A stretch of 64,000 bases of DNA from Torpedo marmorata (lineage: Eukaryota), in contig OZ360252.1 of assembly GCA_977017645.1 (NCBI GenBank), forward strand, positions 15,500,001 through 15,564,000. The letters are read 5' to 3'. How positions within the stretch are numbered: position 1 is the first letter of the stretch; each line of letters begins with the position of its first letter. The position numbers and the translations under genes are program-made. The notes below the pieces were generated by a model, which saw only the letters and a program-made list of their open reading frames with translations, made no database searches and was not told the DNA's origin. Below are positions 1 through 13,069 of the stretch, one piece after another.

Positions 1-90
1 TAACAGACCCGAGGAGTAAATAAATGTTGCGGTGTCTGCAGTTATCCAACGTTGACGTTTTCCCCATAATTCCCCGACCTTCAACCCATA

Positions 91-1138
91 CAGAATCAGA
101 ATCAGAATCAGAATTTATTGTCATGAACAAGTCATGAAATTCGGTGCTTTGCGGCAGCATCATAGTGCAATTAACATTCATATTAACCATTCTAAAGACA
201 TTTCTATATAAAAATTATAAACAATAGTGCACTAGTGTCTTTGGTTCATTGATAGTTCAGGAATCTGATGGCAGCGGGGAAGAAGCTGACCTTGTGCCGT
301 TGAGTGCTCGTCTTTAGGCTCCTGTACCTTTTCCCCGATGGAAGCAGCGTGAAGAGGGCATGGCCTGGGTGGTGGGGGTCCTTGAGGATAGAGGCTGCTT
401 TATTAAGACATCGCCTCATGTAGATGTCCTCGATGGAGTGAAGTTTGGTGCCCGTGATGTCACAGGCCGAGGTAACAACCTTCTGGAGTTTGCTCTTGTC
501 CTGGGAGTTGGCACCACCATACCAGGCAGTGATGCAACCAGCTAGAATGCTCTCCACGGTACACCTGTAGAAGTTCACGAGAGTCTTTGGCGACATACCG
601 AATCTCCGCAATCGCCTCACAAAGTATAGCCGCTGACGAGCCTTCTTTGTGATTGCATCCACGTGGATGCTCCAGGACAGATCCTCGGAGATGTTGACAC
701 CCAGGAATTTGAAGTTCTTGACCCTCTCCACGACTGAGCCCTCGATGAGGACTGGGTTGTGTTCCCCTGACTTCCTCCTGAAGTCCACAATCATCTCCTT
801 GGTTTTACTGACGTTGAGCTCGAGGTTGTTGTCATTACACCATTCAATGAGCTGATCTATCTCGCTCCTGTACGCTTCCTCATTGCCGTTTGTGATTCTG
901 CCGACAACTGTGGTGTCATCGGCAAACTTGTATATGGCATTGGAATTGTGCCTGGCCACACAGTCATGAGTGTATAACGAGTAGAGCAGTGGACTAAGCA
1001 CGCATCCTTGGGGTGCGCCTGTGTTGATAATCAGTGAGGATGAGACGTTGTTTCCAATTCGTACTGACTGTGGTCTTCCGATGAGAAAGTCAAGGATCCA
1101 GTTGCAGAGTGGGGTACAGAGACCTAGAGTTTGTAGCT
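91..1138 (-). mobile_element. Rex1/Babar-clade LINE, 5'-truncated, RT C-terminal half intact
   Basis: ORF 246..1274 has RT motifs [18 protein letters not shown] and [10 protein letters not shown]. The 3' end is ATGACAATAAA plus a (TTCTGA)n tail at 91-113. The ORF N-terminus beyond ~1138 is read-through into flank. Confidence 0.9.
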
Positions 1139-1488
1139 CCCTGCTTTCATTGATTTCACTATTTGTTGTCTCCATTTTTTTTACCTTTACAGAAATTTCT
1201 TGAACAGATGTAAGAAATCCTGTTGCTGAAGATTTTTTTAAAGCACAGTGACCAGAGGACAAAATAGTTGCCATTATAATTTTCCCCGGGGTGGTGGAGT
1301 CTGCGGAGGGTTGCGCCAGAACAAAACAGGAATTGTGTGAGTTTTACGCAAGTTACCGAATTTTCTGCAACGGCAAAACACCCGACTTTATTATTCTGTG
1401 GCCCCGATGTTCTTAACTTATCACCAACCTTCCCAGCAGCTTTTCATTTCCCTGGTGACATGTTGCGGCAATGTCATTGCTTTCTCAC

Positions 1489-1803
1489 CTGAACACAGAA
1501 CCCCAACGCCGCTGATATCTTTGGAAACCCGAGTCAACGTGAATGTGCTGCAATTTCGGAGTTGCGATTCGGTTCCTTCACACTGGACGTCATTCACCCA
1601 CACCGGCCGTTCACTCTCACCGTACATAGAGGAGTTGTAGGCTGATATGGCAGAGCCGCAACGCAGCTCTCTACAGACCACGTTGGAATCATTGATGTTC
1701 CAGACGTTATCCTGCACTCTCCCCCAGATTCCATTGTGGTAGACCTCCACTCGGCCGTCGCAGCGGCTTCCTCCGTTGGTCAGTCTGAGAGACCAACTTT
1801 CAT
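1489..1803 (-). CDS. Gene A SRCR exon (4th SRCR domain seen), lacks Cys2 and Cys7
   Basis: TTTTGCAG| acceptor, |GTGAG donor, 315 bp, phase 1-1. Translates DESWSLRLTNGGSRCDGRVEVYHNGIWGRVQD...VVCRELRCG...VQCEGTESQLRNC...VGVLCS. Confidence 0.92.
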
Positions 1804-2572
1804 CTGCAAAACGAAGTATGTTGGGTGAGCCAGTTAAGGTGAAGCCAAAGTACCCTATCAATTGTAAACTTGTGTCTGGCGAGCTGGTGGTTGTTTTCCG
1901 CACCAAGTGACCGCACGTCATTTTGGCGGACGCGGACCTGCTGCTTCAGTGACCTTTCTCTGTCTAAATTCAAACCAATGCCGATCAGTTTCTTTGCACG
2001 ATCTCGTTAATCGGCTCAACAAGGGGCAGGCCGTTAATTGAAGATAAATAGATTTTAAGGGCGATAGTCTTTTCGAAGTTTTCATTCACATTTGTTCTTC
2101 AAATCTCAGGCAACACTTCATTACACATGTACAACAACCGTGTACTGTTCTGTTCCTCTCGCTCTTTAAATTTTCGAACAATTATTTCACGTCGCTCCAA
2201 AGCACACTTCGTATCAACATTTCTGATTTGACTCCTCTCAGCAGCAACAGTTGTTGCCTTGCCTCTGTTGATAATAACATTGTGCAGCGTGCAACGAATA
2301 TCCTGTTGACCCAATCGCTACTCCACGTCTTTACCCTTCGGGACATGGTTTAATCCCAGAATTAACATGTTGGCTACAGATAACAAATCAGGATTCCAGG
2401 CAGTCAACATACTTCCACAAAGAATTAAACCCTTTCACCTTTCATTGTAATGCAGAATAAAAATACGTTAGGCAACGGCAGCATTAAATAACTGCTTTAA
2501 AGAAGTAGCTGAATGCCTCTTCGACTGGAAAAGAGTTTGCTTATTTCAGATCTACAAAATATGCCGACTAAC

Positions 2573-2887
2573 CTGAGCAGACGAGACCGGAAATGTTTCC
2601 ATGTGAACATCTAACTTTATCCGAGGGTGAAAATGGACAGTCGGCTATTCGGGACTCGTTCCCCCGGCAACGGTAGCCCTCCTTCCACATAGGACCGGTT
2701 TCCTCACCAAATCGGGCACCTGCAGGAGTTCCGGTAACTGCACCGCATCGCAGCTGTTCACAGATCACGCTCGCAACTTCTAAGCTGAAATGGACATCAC
2801 AAAGGGTCCACCACTGGTCTCCGTGTAGAATTTCCACTCTGCCTGAACATCTGTTCTTCCCGCCCACTAGTCGTGGTCCATGGTTCC
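2573..2887 (-). CDS. Gene A SRCR exon (3rd SRCR domain), 8 Cys
   Basis: AAACAG| acceptor, |GTTAG donor, 315 bp, phase 1-1. Translates GNHGPRLVGGKNRCSGRVEILHGDQWWTLCD...SGLVCS. Confidence 0.92.
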
Positions 2888-3344
2888 CTGTTTGAGTAAC
2901 GAATGAAAAACAAAACAACCCTTAAAATAGAAATGAATAAGAAATTAGATAAGTTATGCTTGATTTTTCACAATCTATTCTACGATTTTCCATGTGTGTC
3001 TATTAAATAGGACGGTCTCTGATTCCATCTTGATCGTGTTCACTGAGATTGTTTTGGATTTATTTCTTGTTTTAACTGTATTTCCCAATGATAATCTATC
3101 GTTCAGCTTCTTCGAAATTTCCTTATATTTCTGTGTATTATTTCGTTTTGAATAAACATCGTTTCTATTAAATAATGAAAGCTCAGAGTTAAGCAGAACA
3201 ACTCTGTTCGTTAATCACGCTCATTGCTTTACATTGTTGATCTCTAAGCAGTTTGCACTTTTTTGTTTCGGTGGCAGAGAGTGGTTTAATCGATTGGAAA
3301 TCGTTTAATGTCGATATTCTTTATTTCCTCCCTCTCATTGCAAT

Positions 3345-4490
3345 ATTTTTAATAAATTTTGCAATAATAATACAAAAGGTACAAACCATATTTATCAAAA
3401 TATAAAGAGGTAATACGAAACAAATATATACAAAAGAAAGACGTATAAGGAAAGCTGTTACATATAAACTAGATATCATAACAATCAAGCAAAAAAAAGG
3501 AAATAATCAAGTAATCATTTAATCAGTTATAACATGTGGCTAACTAAAAAAGATCAAACAAAATAAATTGACACCATCCGACAAATTCTACCCCCTTCCC
3601 TTCCGAAGTTATTTGGTAAATACATTCAATTCCACTACCATTAAAAAAAACACAAACTCACAAAACAAGATCTAAATCATCTTACAGATTATGAAAAAAA
3701 TAGCAAAAGGAGCCATAATCTTGAAAAGTTTAATTCCCTTTCATTAGAGGAACATCTGATTTTTTTTCCAAAGTTAGACATGCCATCATGTCATATAACC
3801 ATTGAGTGTGAGGAGGAGGGACGGCATCTTTCCATCTCATCAATATTGATCGTCCAGCAATAAGGGAAGAGAAGGAAATTACATGGGATTGAGACGAAGT
3901 TAATTTCAAATCAATTACCTTAATTGATCCAAAAAGAGCGAGTAGAGGATTAGGTATAAGATTTGCATTAAGAACTAAAGATAAGGTACGAAAGATTTCT
4001 TCCCAATATTTGGAAATACAGGAATAAGACCAAAAGATATCTAATAATGTACCCTCTTCAATCTTACATCTGTCACCATTCAAAGAAATATTAGGATAGA
4101 ATTTAGCCAATTGAACTTTAGAAAAGTAGGCTCGATGTATCACATTAAATTGTAGAATTACGGGCACATAAATAGGAGGAATTTACCTATTTTAAACTAG
4201 AATCCCATGTAGTATGCGAGAATGAGAACTGAAGATCTTGCTCCCATAGTTTTTCCTCTTATCTAGGGAGTTATCCCCAGACTTTAATAGTAAATCATAT
4301 TTACCTGATATCAGGTTTTTTCTTTACTCAGTTTAAAATTATAAATCATCCCTATTGTGTTTAAAGCAAGGTCCTGAGGAAGTCTCAGCGATAGTGAATT
4401 CAAAAAAACTCCTAATTTGTAAGTATCTAAAACAAATGATACTTTCAAAATTTAAATTTAAAAGATAGTTGTATTAAAAAGATAGTGTAA
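3345..4490 (-). mobile_element. L1-clade LINE copy A, 3' part of ORF2 and 3' UTR (degenerate)
   Basis: ORF 3730..4167 (QFNVIHRAY...DRC...FWSYSCISKYWEEIF...WKD..PP..QW) resembles the L1 ORF2 Cys-rich C-terminus; many stops. Confidence 0.8.
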
Positions 4491-4499
4491 CCTAAAGCA

Positions 4500-5700
4500 T
4501 CCTTAAGAAAGAATGAACTTATACCTATGACTCTTAATAATAGAGAAATGGAAATTTGGAATAGTAAAGGAATCAGATATATAGAAGACTGTTCTGAAAA
4601 TTGACTTCTTATGTCTTTTGAAGGACTGAAAGAGAGGTATAATTTACCTAATAGAACTTATTTTTGCTATATTCAGTTACGTTCATACCTTAGGAATACT
4701 TTAGGGCCAGATATGGTCGAACCCTTATTGACAGATGCGGATAAAGTACTTTCTGAAGGAAATATCTATAAATTTATTTCGAGAATGTATTTATTGTTAC
4801 AAGATCAATAACCTAAATTGGGACATGATAAGTCCAGGATAAGGTGGGAATCAGAATTAAGTATAGTAATTTATGATGAATTATGGTCAGAATTGTGTCA
4901 GAATAGTATGCTAATTACTATAAATGTACGTTATAGATTGGTCTCCCATAATTTTCTTCATCAATTATATTTCACTCCACAGAAATTACATAGATTTAAA
5001 CAAGAATTATCAGATATGTGTTTTAGATGTGGAACGGAGGTTGGTTCTTTTTTACATTCATCATGGATGTGCTGTAAATTGAGACAATTGTGGCATAATC
5101 TCTATGACATCTTATCTAAAGTTATTGGAGTTACTCTAATTTTAGATCCAGAGATATGCCTTTTGGGAAATTTTACTACTATTAAGGACACCTTAACCAG
5201 ATATCAAATAATATGTTTGGGAATATCTTTTTGTGTGGCTAGAGAGTGTTTAATGACGACTTGTAAGTCAGATTCCCCATTGTCTATTGACAGATGGACC
5301 TCAGAAATAAATAGTTGTATTCCATTGGGGAAAATTACCTATAACATTAAAAACAAACAGGTTATTTTTTTATAAAATTTGGCAACCTTATTTAGATTAT
5401 CTGGGGTCAGGATAAATTAAATTAAAGAAGATTTGTTATTAATTTATTTTGGTTCCTTCACGCGATAAGCCCTGTTGCTGGGAAGCCTTGAAGTTTATCT
5501 TTTATATATTTGAAATTAGTAATTATATAAAAATCGTCGACCATTTGTTTTGTTTAGTTTTTTTTTATTTGGGTGGGGAGGGGGAGGTTTGGGGTAATTG
5601 TTTTTTTAAATTTTATTATATATGTTACTTTTATTGTATTACTATATAATGTGATATCTGTTTTTTGAAGTATTTTGTTTCATTGGTTTTTTTGAATATT
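4500..5700 (+). mobile_element. L1-clade 3' fragment B nested in copy A
   Basis: ORFs 4611..4811 and 4818..5375 (NVRYRLV.HNFLHQLY.TPQKL...CFRCGTEVGSFLHSSW.C). Confidence 0.8.
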
Positions 5701-6895
5701 TTTTATTTTTACTTTTCAAGTCCACAATATAAACAGAAAATATACAATTTACAACTATATACAACATTATAATTAAACTCTCCCTCCCTCCCCCAACTGA
5801 AAAAAGAAAATAAAACATACAAAAGGAAAGAAAGAAAATAAAAAACTGAACGTACCGTCAGTGCTTACATTGATTTTTCAATCTTTTTGGAGGTGCCACA
5901 ATGTTAAATATTTCTACGCTATATTGTATTGTACTTTAGGGTTTGAATTACAGCTGTAACCCAATATACTCCAGGTATGGTTGCCACACCTTTACAAATG
6001 TACCGTATCTCTTCCTGAGATTATATGTAATTTTCTCCATGGGAATACAGCTATGCATTTCTACTGACCATCGAGTGATTTGAAGGGGGGAGTCGGACTT
6101 CCAAGTGACTGCTGTGCATTGTTTTGCTACGGAAAAAGCAACTAGCACATTTTGAATTTTGAATTTATATCATTTGTAGCTTATGTCCATTAGATTTCCG
6201 AGGAGATACAACTCCGTGTCCAGTGGAAAGGCTACCCCCGTAATTCTGGCTGGTGTATTAGATATATCATACCAAAAGGGTCGTACCTTTGCACAGGACC
6301 AAGTGGAGTGCAGGAAAGTTCCAATTTCCCCATCACATCTGAAACACATTTCCGATATTTCAGATTTTGATTTGTGTAACTTTTGTGGTGTGAGTTATAG
6401 TTGGTGCAAGAAATTATGTTGGACCAATCTATCTATAGCATTAGTAACCACCGTCATACTATTCCTACACCAATCAGACCGGCAACGTTCCTGAATTGTC
6501 GTACCTAAGTCCGACTCCCGCCTCTCCCTCGATCTGTGTATGCTCGGCTGAGGGCTTTCACTTTGGAGCACAAAATACATTCTGGATATAAGTTTGAGTG
6601 CATTTCCCATTCGAAGTAACTGTTCTACCTCGTTGCTTTCGGTGCGGTCATTGCAAGACCCCACCTTTCTCGCAAGAAGGACCTTAATTTGACAAAACAG
6701 TGAAAGGGTCTATTAGACAAATCATATTTATCTTTGAGTTGTTGAAAGGACATAAGCTGTCCCTTGTCGTAGCAGTCTTCAATATATCGAAAACCCTTCT
6801 GATACCAAACCTTCCATATTTTATTACCTAAAATCATGGCTATATGTTCATTTTGAAACAGAAGTGTCTTGGGGTATATTGTTTCGTTGTTTGTT
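5700..6895 (-). mobile_element. L1-clade 3' fragment C, tail-to-tail with B
   Basis: ORFs 6625..6837, 6395..6664 and 5948..6148 are paralogous to fragment B (QHNFLHQL, WKSDSPL, CIPMEKITYNL). Confidence 0.8.
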
Positions 6896-6919
6896 AAAAA
6901 TGAAAATAAAGTATTAGAA

Positions 6920-8312
6920 AAATTTTAAAAAACAAGTTGTTCAAATTAAGCTAAATTATTACCAATCAATAAATCCTGAAAACATTTGATACCCAACGTA
7001 AACCATTCATGAAAAGCAGAATCTTGCACAGAAGGTGTAAAAAGAGAATTAAACAATATAAGGCGAGTAAGTAAAAATCTAGGAAATTAAAAAAAATCGA
7101 AAGTGGAACCAAATTCTCAAAATTTGTTTAACAACACAATTATCGGTTAATTTGGAAGGATAAAAAGGAAATAGTATCGAAATAAGAGAATAGTTTTAGT
7201 GGAATTAATTTCTAAATTAATCCAATTTGGAGCATCAATTCCATCCTTATAGTGAATCCAAAAAATTATACGTCTAATATTAGCTGCCCAATAATAAAAA
7301 CTAAAATTAGGTCAAGCCAATCCACCTTTCTTTTTAAGGTTTTGAAGGAAAACCTTTTTAAGATGAGGACGCTTATTTCTTCCAAATATATGAGGAAATA
7401 ATTCAGTTAAGTGAATCAAAAAAAGTTTCAGGAACAAAAACAGGAACAGCTTGGAAAATGTACAAAATTGTAGGTAAAATCTTCATCGTAATCACATTAA
7501 TTCGCCCAATTAAGGACATCGAAAGAGAAGACCACTGAGATAAAGACTTCTTAACATGATTCAATAAAGTAAGAAAATTCTCTTTAAACAAATTATTATA
7601 ATTTTTTGTAATAATAATACCTAAATAATTACATTTATTTTAGCTATTTTAAAAGGAAGGGAAGTATCTAAAGAACCAGACGAGTTCAATCCAAGCAACT
7701 CGCTTTTCTGAAGATTTAATTTATAACCTGCAAATTGGCCAAATTGATAAAGCAGTGACAGAATGGATGGAATTGAACGATCAGGATCTGAAACGTACAG
7801 AAGAGATCATCCGCATATAAAGAAACCTTATGAACACTTCCACATCTTAAGATTCCGAAAATATCATTAGATTGGCGAAAGGCCACCGCTAATGGTTCTA
7901 ACGCCAAATTGAATAACAAAGGGCTAAGAGGACAAACTTGCCTAGTTCCACGGTAAAGATTAAAAGGTTTAGATTTTAAAGAGTTGGTAAAGATTGAGGC
8001 AACAGGGGATAAATATATCAATTTAATACAATTGAAAAAATTTAGGGCTAAAATTTAATTTTTCTAACACTTTAAATAAATATTCCCATTCCACCCTGTC
8101 AAAGGCTTCTTAGGCATCTAAGGAAAGAACACACTCAAAGGATGAGACAGAAAGAGAATAGAGAACATTTAAAAAGCGATAGATATTAAACTGTGAATAA
8201 CGACCCATAATAAAACCGGTTTGATCTACAGAAATAATAAGAGGCATAATGTTTTCCAACCGACAGGCCAATATTTTAGTCAAAATATTAGCAGCAGCAT
8301 TCAAAAGAGAAA
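6920..8312 (-). mobile_element. L1-clade copy A, RT region (continuation across the B/C insertion)
   Basis: RGTRQVCPLSPLLFNLALEPLA, SLYADD, DQTGFI.GR, LSLDA and SLIGRINVI.MKILP motifs; the reading picks up where the 3345-4490 part stops. Confidence 0.85.
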
Positions 8313-8470
8313 TTGTTTCCCGGTCTTTACGGCCTCCAAGCTGAGTTTTACAAAACTCTTTCTCAATCATTCGCACCCTATTTAGATTCAGTTTTTACTG
8401 AATCTTTTACTGTTGGGATATTACCTGCTACTTTTTATGAAGCTTTAATTTCACTTATTTCCAAAAAGAA
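8313..8470 (+). mobile_element. Inverted 5' segment of L1 copy A
   Basis: PGLYGLQAEFYKTLS...GILPATFYEALISLISKK is the ORF2 segment just upstream of ISLLN..KILA.RL, but it lies on the opposite strand. Confidence 0.75.
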
Positions 8471-8704
8471 TTTCCTCCTTCAGAAGTCCACATTGAATTC
8501 AATAAACAATGGTGACCAAAATAAAATGATTAAACTTTTAACATGTATAAACGCTATCCACTATGAAATCAACGTGAAATAGCAATGAATTATACAGGCG
8601 AATTTTATCTGCACGTCGTTACAGGGAAATATCCATAACCGATTCCCGTGTTCCATGGACAATTGAAATCAAATGCTTGCATTGTTCAGAAACCGGGTCC
8701 TTAC

Positions 8705-9016
8705 CAGAACAGATCACATCGACTCTAGTTTTTTGTTTGCAATGATGAGTTCCTGAAGAAAGTGGACATGCCCATAAGGTTGACTCATCGCCCTTACATT
8801 CAAAGATATCGGCCCGGACAGGGCCAGTTCTCTCCCCAAAATCAGCTCCGCTCCACACAGACACGGCGACTCCACATTGAAGCTGATGGCACACCACATC
8901 GGCATCATCCATATCCCAGTGATGGTCACACACGGTGTACCAGGTGTCACCAAACATCACATCCAGCCTGCCAGAGCAGTGGTCATCTCTGGAAACCAAT
9001 CTTGGTACTCTATGAT
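8705..9016 (-). CDS. Gene A SRCR exon (2nd SRCR domain), 8 Cys
   Basis: TTTCTCAG| acceptor, |GTAAG donor, 312 bp, phase 1-1. Translates DHRVPRLVSRDDHCSGRLDVMFGDTWYTVCDHHWDMDDADVVCHQLQCG...VDVICS. Confidence 0.92.
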
Positions 9017-10484
9017 CTGAGAAAGATATGAACCACAGTCATGATAATTAAAATTTTAAAGTCGATTTACAGACGAGTCCTATGGAGATCAGCACATAGC
9101 TGTGCTGAAATCAGTGGGGTTCCAGTCTGGACTGCTGCCGATGAAATTTCTCATCCTCCTACAATCATATTAATTTGATGCAGGTGGTATAGTATTGACA
9201 CCACATCACACAGTTTCCACTCCTTTGTTTCAAACGGAGATCGTATTCAAAGAAATTATACAGTAAAGTCTCAATAAATGAATATTGTAATCCCATACCA
9301 ACAACCTCTGCCACAAGGACACATTTCACACTTTATCCATTTTCATCAGGATATCAGAGCTGAGCAAAAAACATCTTCTCTCTTCCTCATTCATTAAAGT
9401 CTGATCGAATGATTTTGTCGAATACTTACTATTGCTTCATGCCATAGCCTCCATTATAAACCTTTTGGAGTCGCTGAAAGAATGAACTTTACGTCGGGTT
9501 TCACTCCGGCCGCAGAGGCTCAATTCTTCTGAAAAGCTTCCACTGGAGTCCAGTCCCACACACACACACCCTCTCTGATAATATGCTGAGAACTGTTGCT
9601 CCTTCTGACTCGTATTCTTCCCCAGATTCATTATCTCTCTTCCTTCCTTCTTTCCAATCTCTGTCAGCTCACATTTTCTGTGACAACGCTCGTGATTCCA
9701 AAACCCCCTTCAGAAATGTGCCTTCTAAACACATTTGGGTTTTAATTAGTGGCTCATGGAGTATCCGATGAGAGGTTGCCTCCATGAATGTTTTGCTTTT
9801 TGTGTCCAGGAAATACAGGGGGAAAGTTATTAAATCAGGAGGCCTAATACTGTTCTGTAGTGTTATATGTTCTATGTTCTAAGAAAGCATCAATTGAACT
9901 CCACCGATCAGCTGATGTAACGTAATCGATTTAAAGACCCCGCAGCATAAATTTCAATAAATATTAAATGTTGACACTTCTTACAGGAATGTAACAGAAA
10001 TACTCTCGCAACAACCTATGACCGAGGAAGTTAAAAAGAAAGTCTGCAGGAGCTGTGATTGTAGTGCAATACACAAACATTCTGGAGAAACTGAGATGCT
10101 GCGTGACCTGCTGAATTTCTCCTGCAATTTCACGTCTGGGGAAGGTAAGTTCACAATATCTACGGACAGATATGGCCGCAGGAAACAAAAGCACATTTTC
10201 AAAATGAAAGTATAACATCTCTGTGCAACACTGAGGAACCTTGCCGGTGATTTCTCCCAGCACCGCTTTCCAGTGTTAACAGCATAATCATTGATTCCAG
10301 GAGCATTCTCTGAAATTCCCAAAAATGTGGCAAAAATACTGGTTGAAGATAATCGCTCAACTGCTAGTTAAGGGGCAGGCTAATTATGTCATAAAATACA
10401 AACGCCATCCTATTGAAACATAGAGGCGCAGAAGTGACGTGCAACAACTCGTAACGTTGGAAAATTCGACTTCTGCACTGAGTA

Positions 10485-10800
10485 AAAATACAAAAATGCT
10501 GGAGGAACTCAGCACGTAACGCAGCGTTTAGAAGAGGTAAAGATATCGAATCAACGTTTTGGGCCTGAGCCCTTCTTCAAGGAATGAGCAGAAAGCAGGC
10601 AGGCGCCTGAATAAAACAGCTGGGAGAGAGGGAAGAATGGGCAAGGGGAGGAGCACAGGCCAACTGTCAAAAATGCGATAATTGGTCATGGATGGGAGGA
10701 CTGGAGAGGAAAAGTGAGAATTGATCGGGGAAGGGGAGACTCTGAGAATGTAAAGCTGGAGGAAAGGAGACAGAGGGAATGTAAAAGTCAGTGGGAGCGA
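10485..10800 (-). mobile_element. Penelope-like element terminal repeat (pLTR) fragment with hammerhead-like motif at 10553-10582
   Basis: Same sequence family as the ends of the GIY-YIG-bearing elements at 36.5-39.5 kb and 43-44.2 kb (TGCTGAGTTCCTCCAGCA end; CCTTGAAGAAGGGCTCAGGCCCAAAACGTT). Confidence 0.65.
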
Positions 10801-10896
10801 GAGAGAGTGAATGAGTAAGAGAGAGGGAGAGGGAGAGAGAGGGAGAGAGAGAGAGTGAGAGAGGGGAGGAGAGAGAGAGAGTGAGTGAGTAAGAGA
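10799..10896. repeat. Imperfect (GA)n microsatellite abutting an assembly gap
   Basis: Direct reading. Confidence 0.9.
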
Positions 10897-11056
10897 NNNN
10901 NNNNNNNNNNNNNNNNNNNNNNNNNNNNNNNNNNNNNNNNNNNNNNNNNNNNNNNNNNNNNNNNNNNNNNNNNNNNNNNNNNNNNNNNNNNNNNNNNNNN
11001 NNNNNNNNNNNNNNNNNNNNNNNNNNNNNNNNNNNNNNNNNNNNNNNNNNNNNNNN
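10897..11056. other. Assembly gap (160 N)
   Basis: Run of N. Confidence 1.
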
Positions 11057-11059
11057 TTT

Positions 11060-11750
11060 CTGCTGGAATATACAGGCTTCGCATCATTGCATATTTCATT
11101 GAACAATCTCCAAACTTGATTGATATTATTTCATACATAGCACGCTTCTCCCAATCTACGTTGGCCAGGTCTTGTGTTATGCCCTTCCCCCAAATTAAGA
11201 GCTGATGTTCAGGACCCTTTCGACAACTGCCTTGAAACTAACAGGATTATTGGCCCTGCTCCCAGAGTCTATTCCCAGACATTTCCTCCCCTGCTGCTTA
11301 TTACTTTGTTTCTTCAGATAACATCTTCTGTAGGATTATGCATTTATTGTCCCAGAATCTTGGCCCCACTTAATACATTCTGTGCCCTCTATTCCTCTTG
11401 CATTAAGAAAACCCCCAGAAACCCTGGGGAAGTTAAAGCACTCTCTACTATAACAATATTGTCCGTAAATCTTCCTGTCATTTGATTGTAGATCTGTTTT
11501 TCGAACTTCCACTGATTGAGGGGGCTCTGTTAAAAACCCAGCGCAGTGATCGTCCCTAAGTATGTTAGGGCGATCTAACTATGGTTTCCTCTCTACGTAC
11601 CGTCGGTTGACTCGGTTACCTCCACTTTTCATCCCCAATCACGTTATAACCTCGATATTGTGGTCTGGCCTGCCTAATCTGTGGCTGCCCTATGCAAAAA
11701 AGGAACACCTTCTTCACTTGTGATCTCAAGGAATCACAGGTAAACACACT
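11060..11750 (-). mobile_element. Old CR1-like LINE fragment (endonuclease region), degenerate
   Basis: Minus-strand remnants resemble the CR1 EN region seen at 53.3-53.9 kb; no ORF left. Confidence 0.45.
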
Positions 11751-13069
11751 GCCCTATTAAACTGAATATGAATCGATATCTGGCAGCTGGCACTCGGGAA
11801 TCCCAACTTGCTAACGTGGGAATGGCTGAATTGAGGTCGCACCGCTGAAAACGCTTGGCGTCGGTCAATAGGATTCGACCCGATAACTTCACACAAGATC
11901 GTTTTCATCTTCAGAAACCTATCGACGTTAACGCTGAGCACATGGGTAGCGCCAATTGAGTAGTCTAGGTGCAGATTCCCAAAGACGGAGAAGCCATGTA
12001 TCAGCAAGAGAGCCCTCTCAGTCTGTTTGCTCCCTTCCTGTACCTTGTCTGACAGGTCTCTGCTCAGGAAGTCCTGATACAGGCTCTCTCGCCGGAAAGC
12101 AAACTCAAAATATGTGCTTCCACAACTGCTGTTTTTAACGTTGTGTATTTTTCTAGGAGATCCGATTTTAGAACCATAGAATAATGGAAGACTACAGCTC
12201 GGACACAGGACCCGCGGCCTATCTAGTCCGTGTGGAATATTATTCTGCCTGGTTACATTGACCTGTACACGGACCATGGCCCTCCATGCACATCCCATCC
12301 ATGCATCTATCCATTTTTAATTCAATGTCGAAATTGAGCCCCCATTCACCACTTCAGCTGGTACCTCGTACCACACTCTCACCACTCTCTGCGTCATCTG
12401 GATCCCAGCATCTGCAGTAACTTCTGTCTTCAACCTTCCCAAATAATATTTCAAAACCTTCTAATATTCCATGAAACAGACATGACATATTTCACTTAAT
12501 TCTAATTTTTGTTCAAATATTTTACCCTTGTAACGTCAAATGATATTCGGCTAAATCCAAAGTTTTATTTGATAGGACTTGAAATTGAAAGCAAAATCTG
12601 AAGATCACGGTATAATGAAAGTGCTGGGAAATCTCAGAATGTCGGACAGCATCTGTGAAAAGAGAACCAGTGTTAAGGTTTCAGTTCGAAGATTCATACT
12701 CAGGACCGAAAACGAGAAATCACGTTAGTTTTTAGATCGCAACGTTGAGTGTGAGAGAGGGATGGGTTCAAAGCAAATGCTGCTGGAGTGTTTGTGGAAA
12801 CTAAGGTCGGAGTGAAGTTGTGCAGCACTAGCAGTGGCTTGTAGGAACCAGGGATAAGCAGATGTTATTTGCGTCTTGTTTGAAATGTCCGGTGAAGAGC
12901 TCGCAACAGTGAGATAAGGGAACAGCCAAAGGTTGCAAATGCCTTTTCTATTTAAATGCATCAAGGGCCCCGTTTCTATGAGATTACATGTGTATCTGAA
13001 CATTGAAGATTTCTGAAATGCTCTTTGTTTTCATAAATTACCAGAAACTATCTTGTCCAGACACATCAA

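Noticed and set aside
91-113. Short tandem repeats here and at 46468 as a possible array or CRISPR
   Set aside because: Hexamer tails of Rex1 LINEs; no spacers, and the DNA is eukaryotic.
10528-11205. ORFs spanning the N run
   Set aside because: Artefacts of the gap and the (GA)n repeat.
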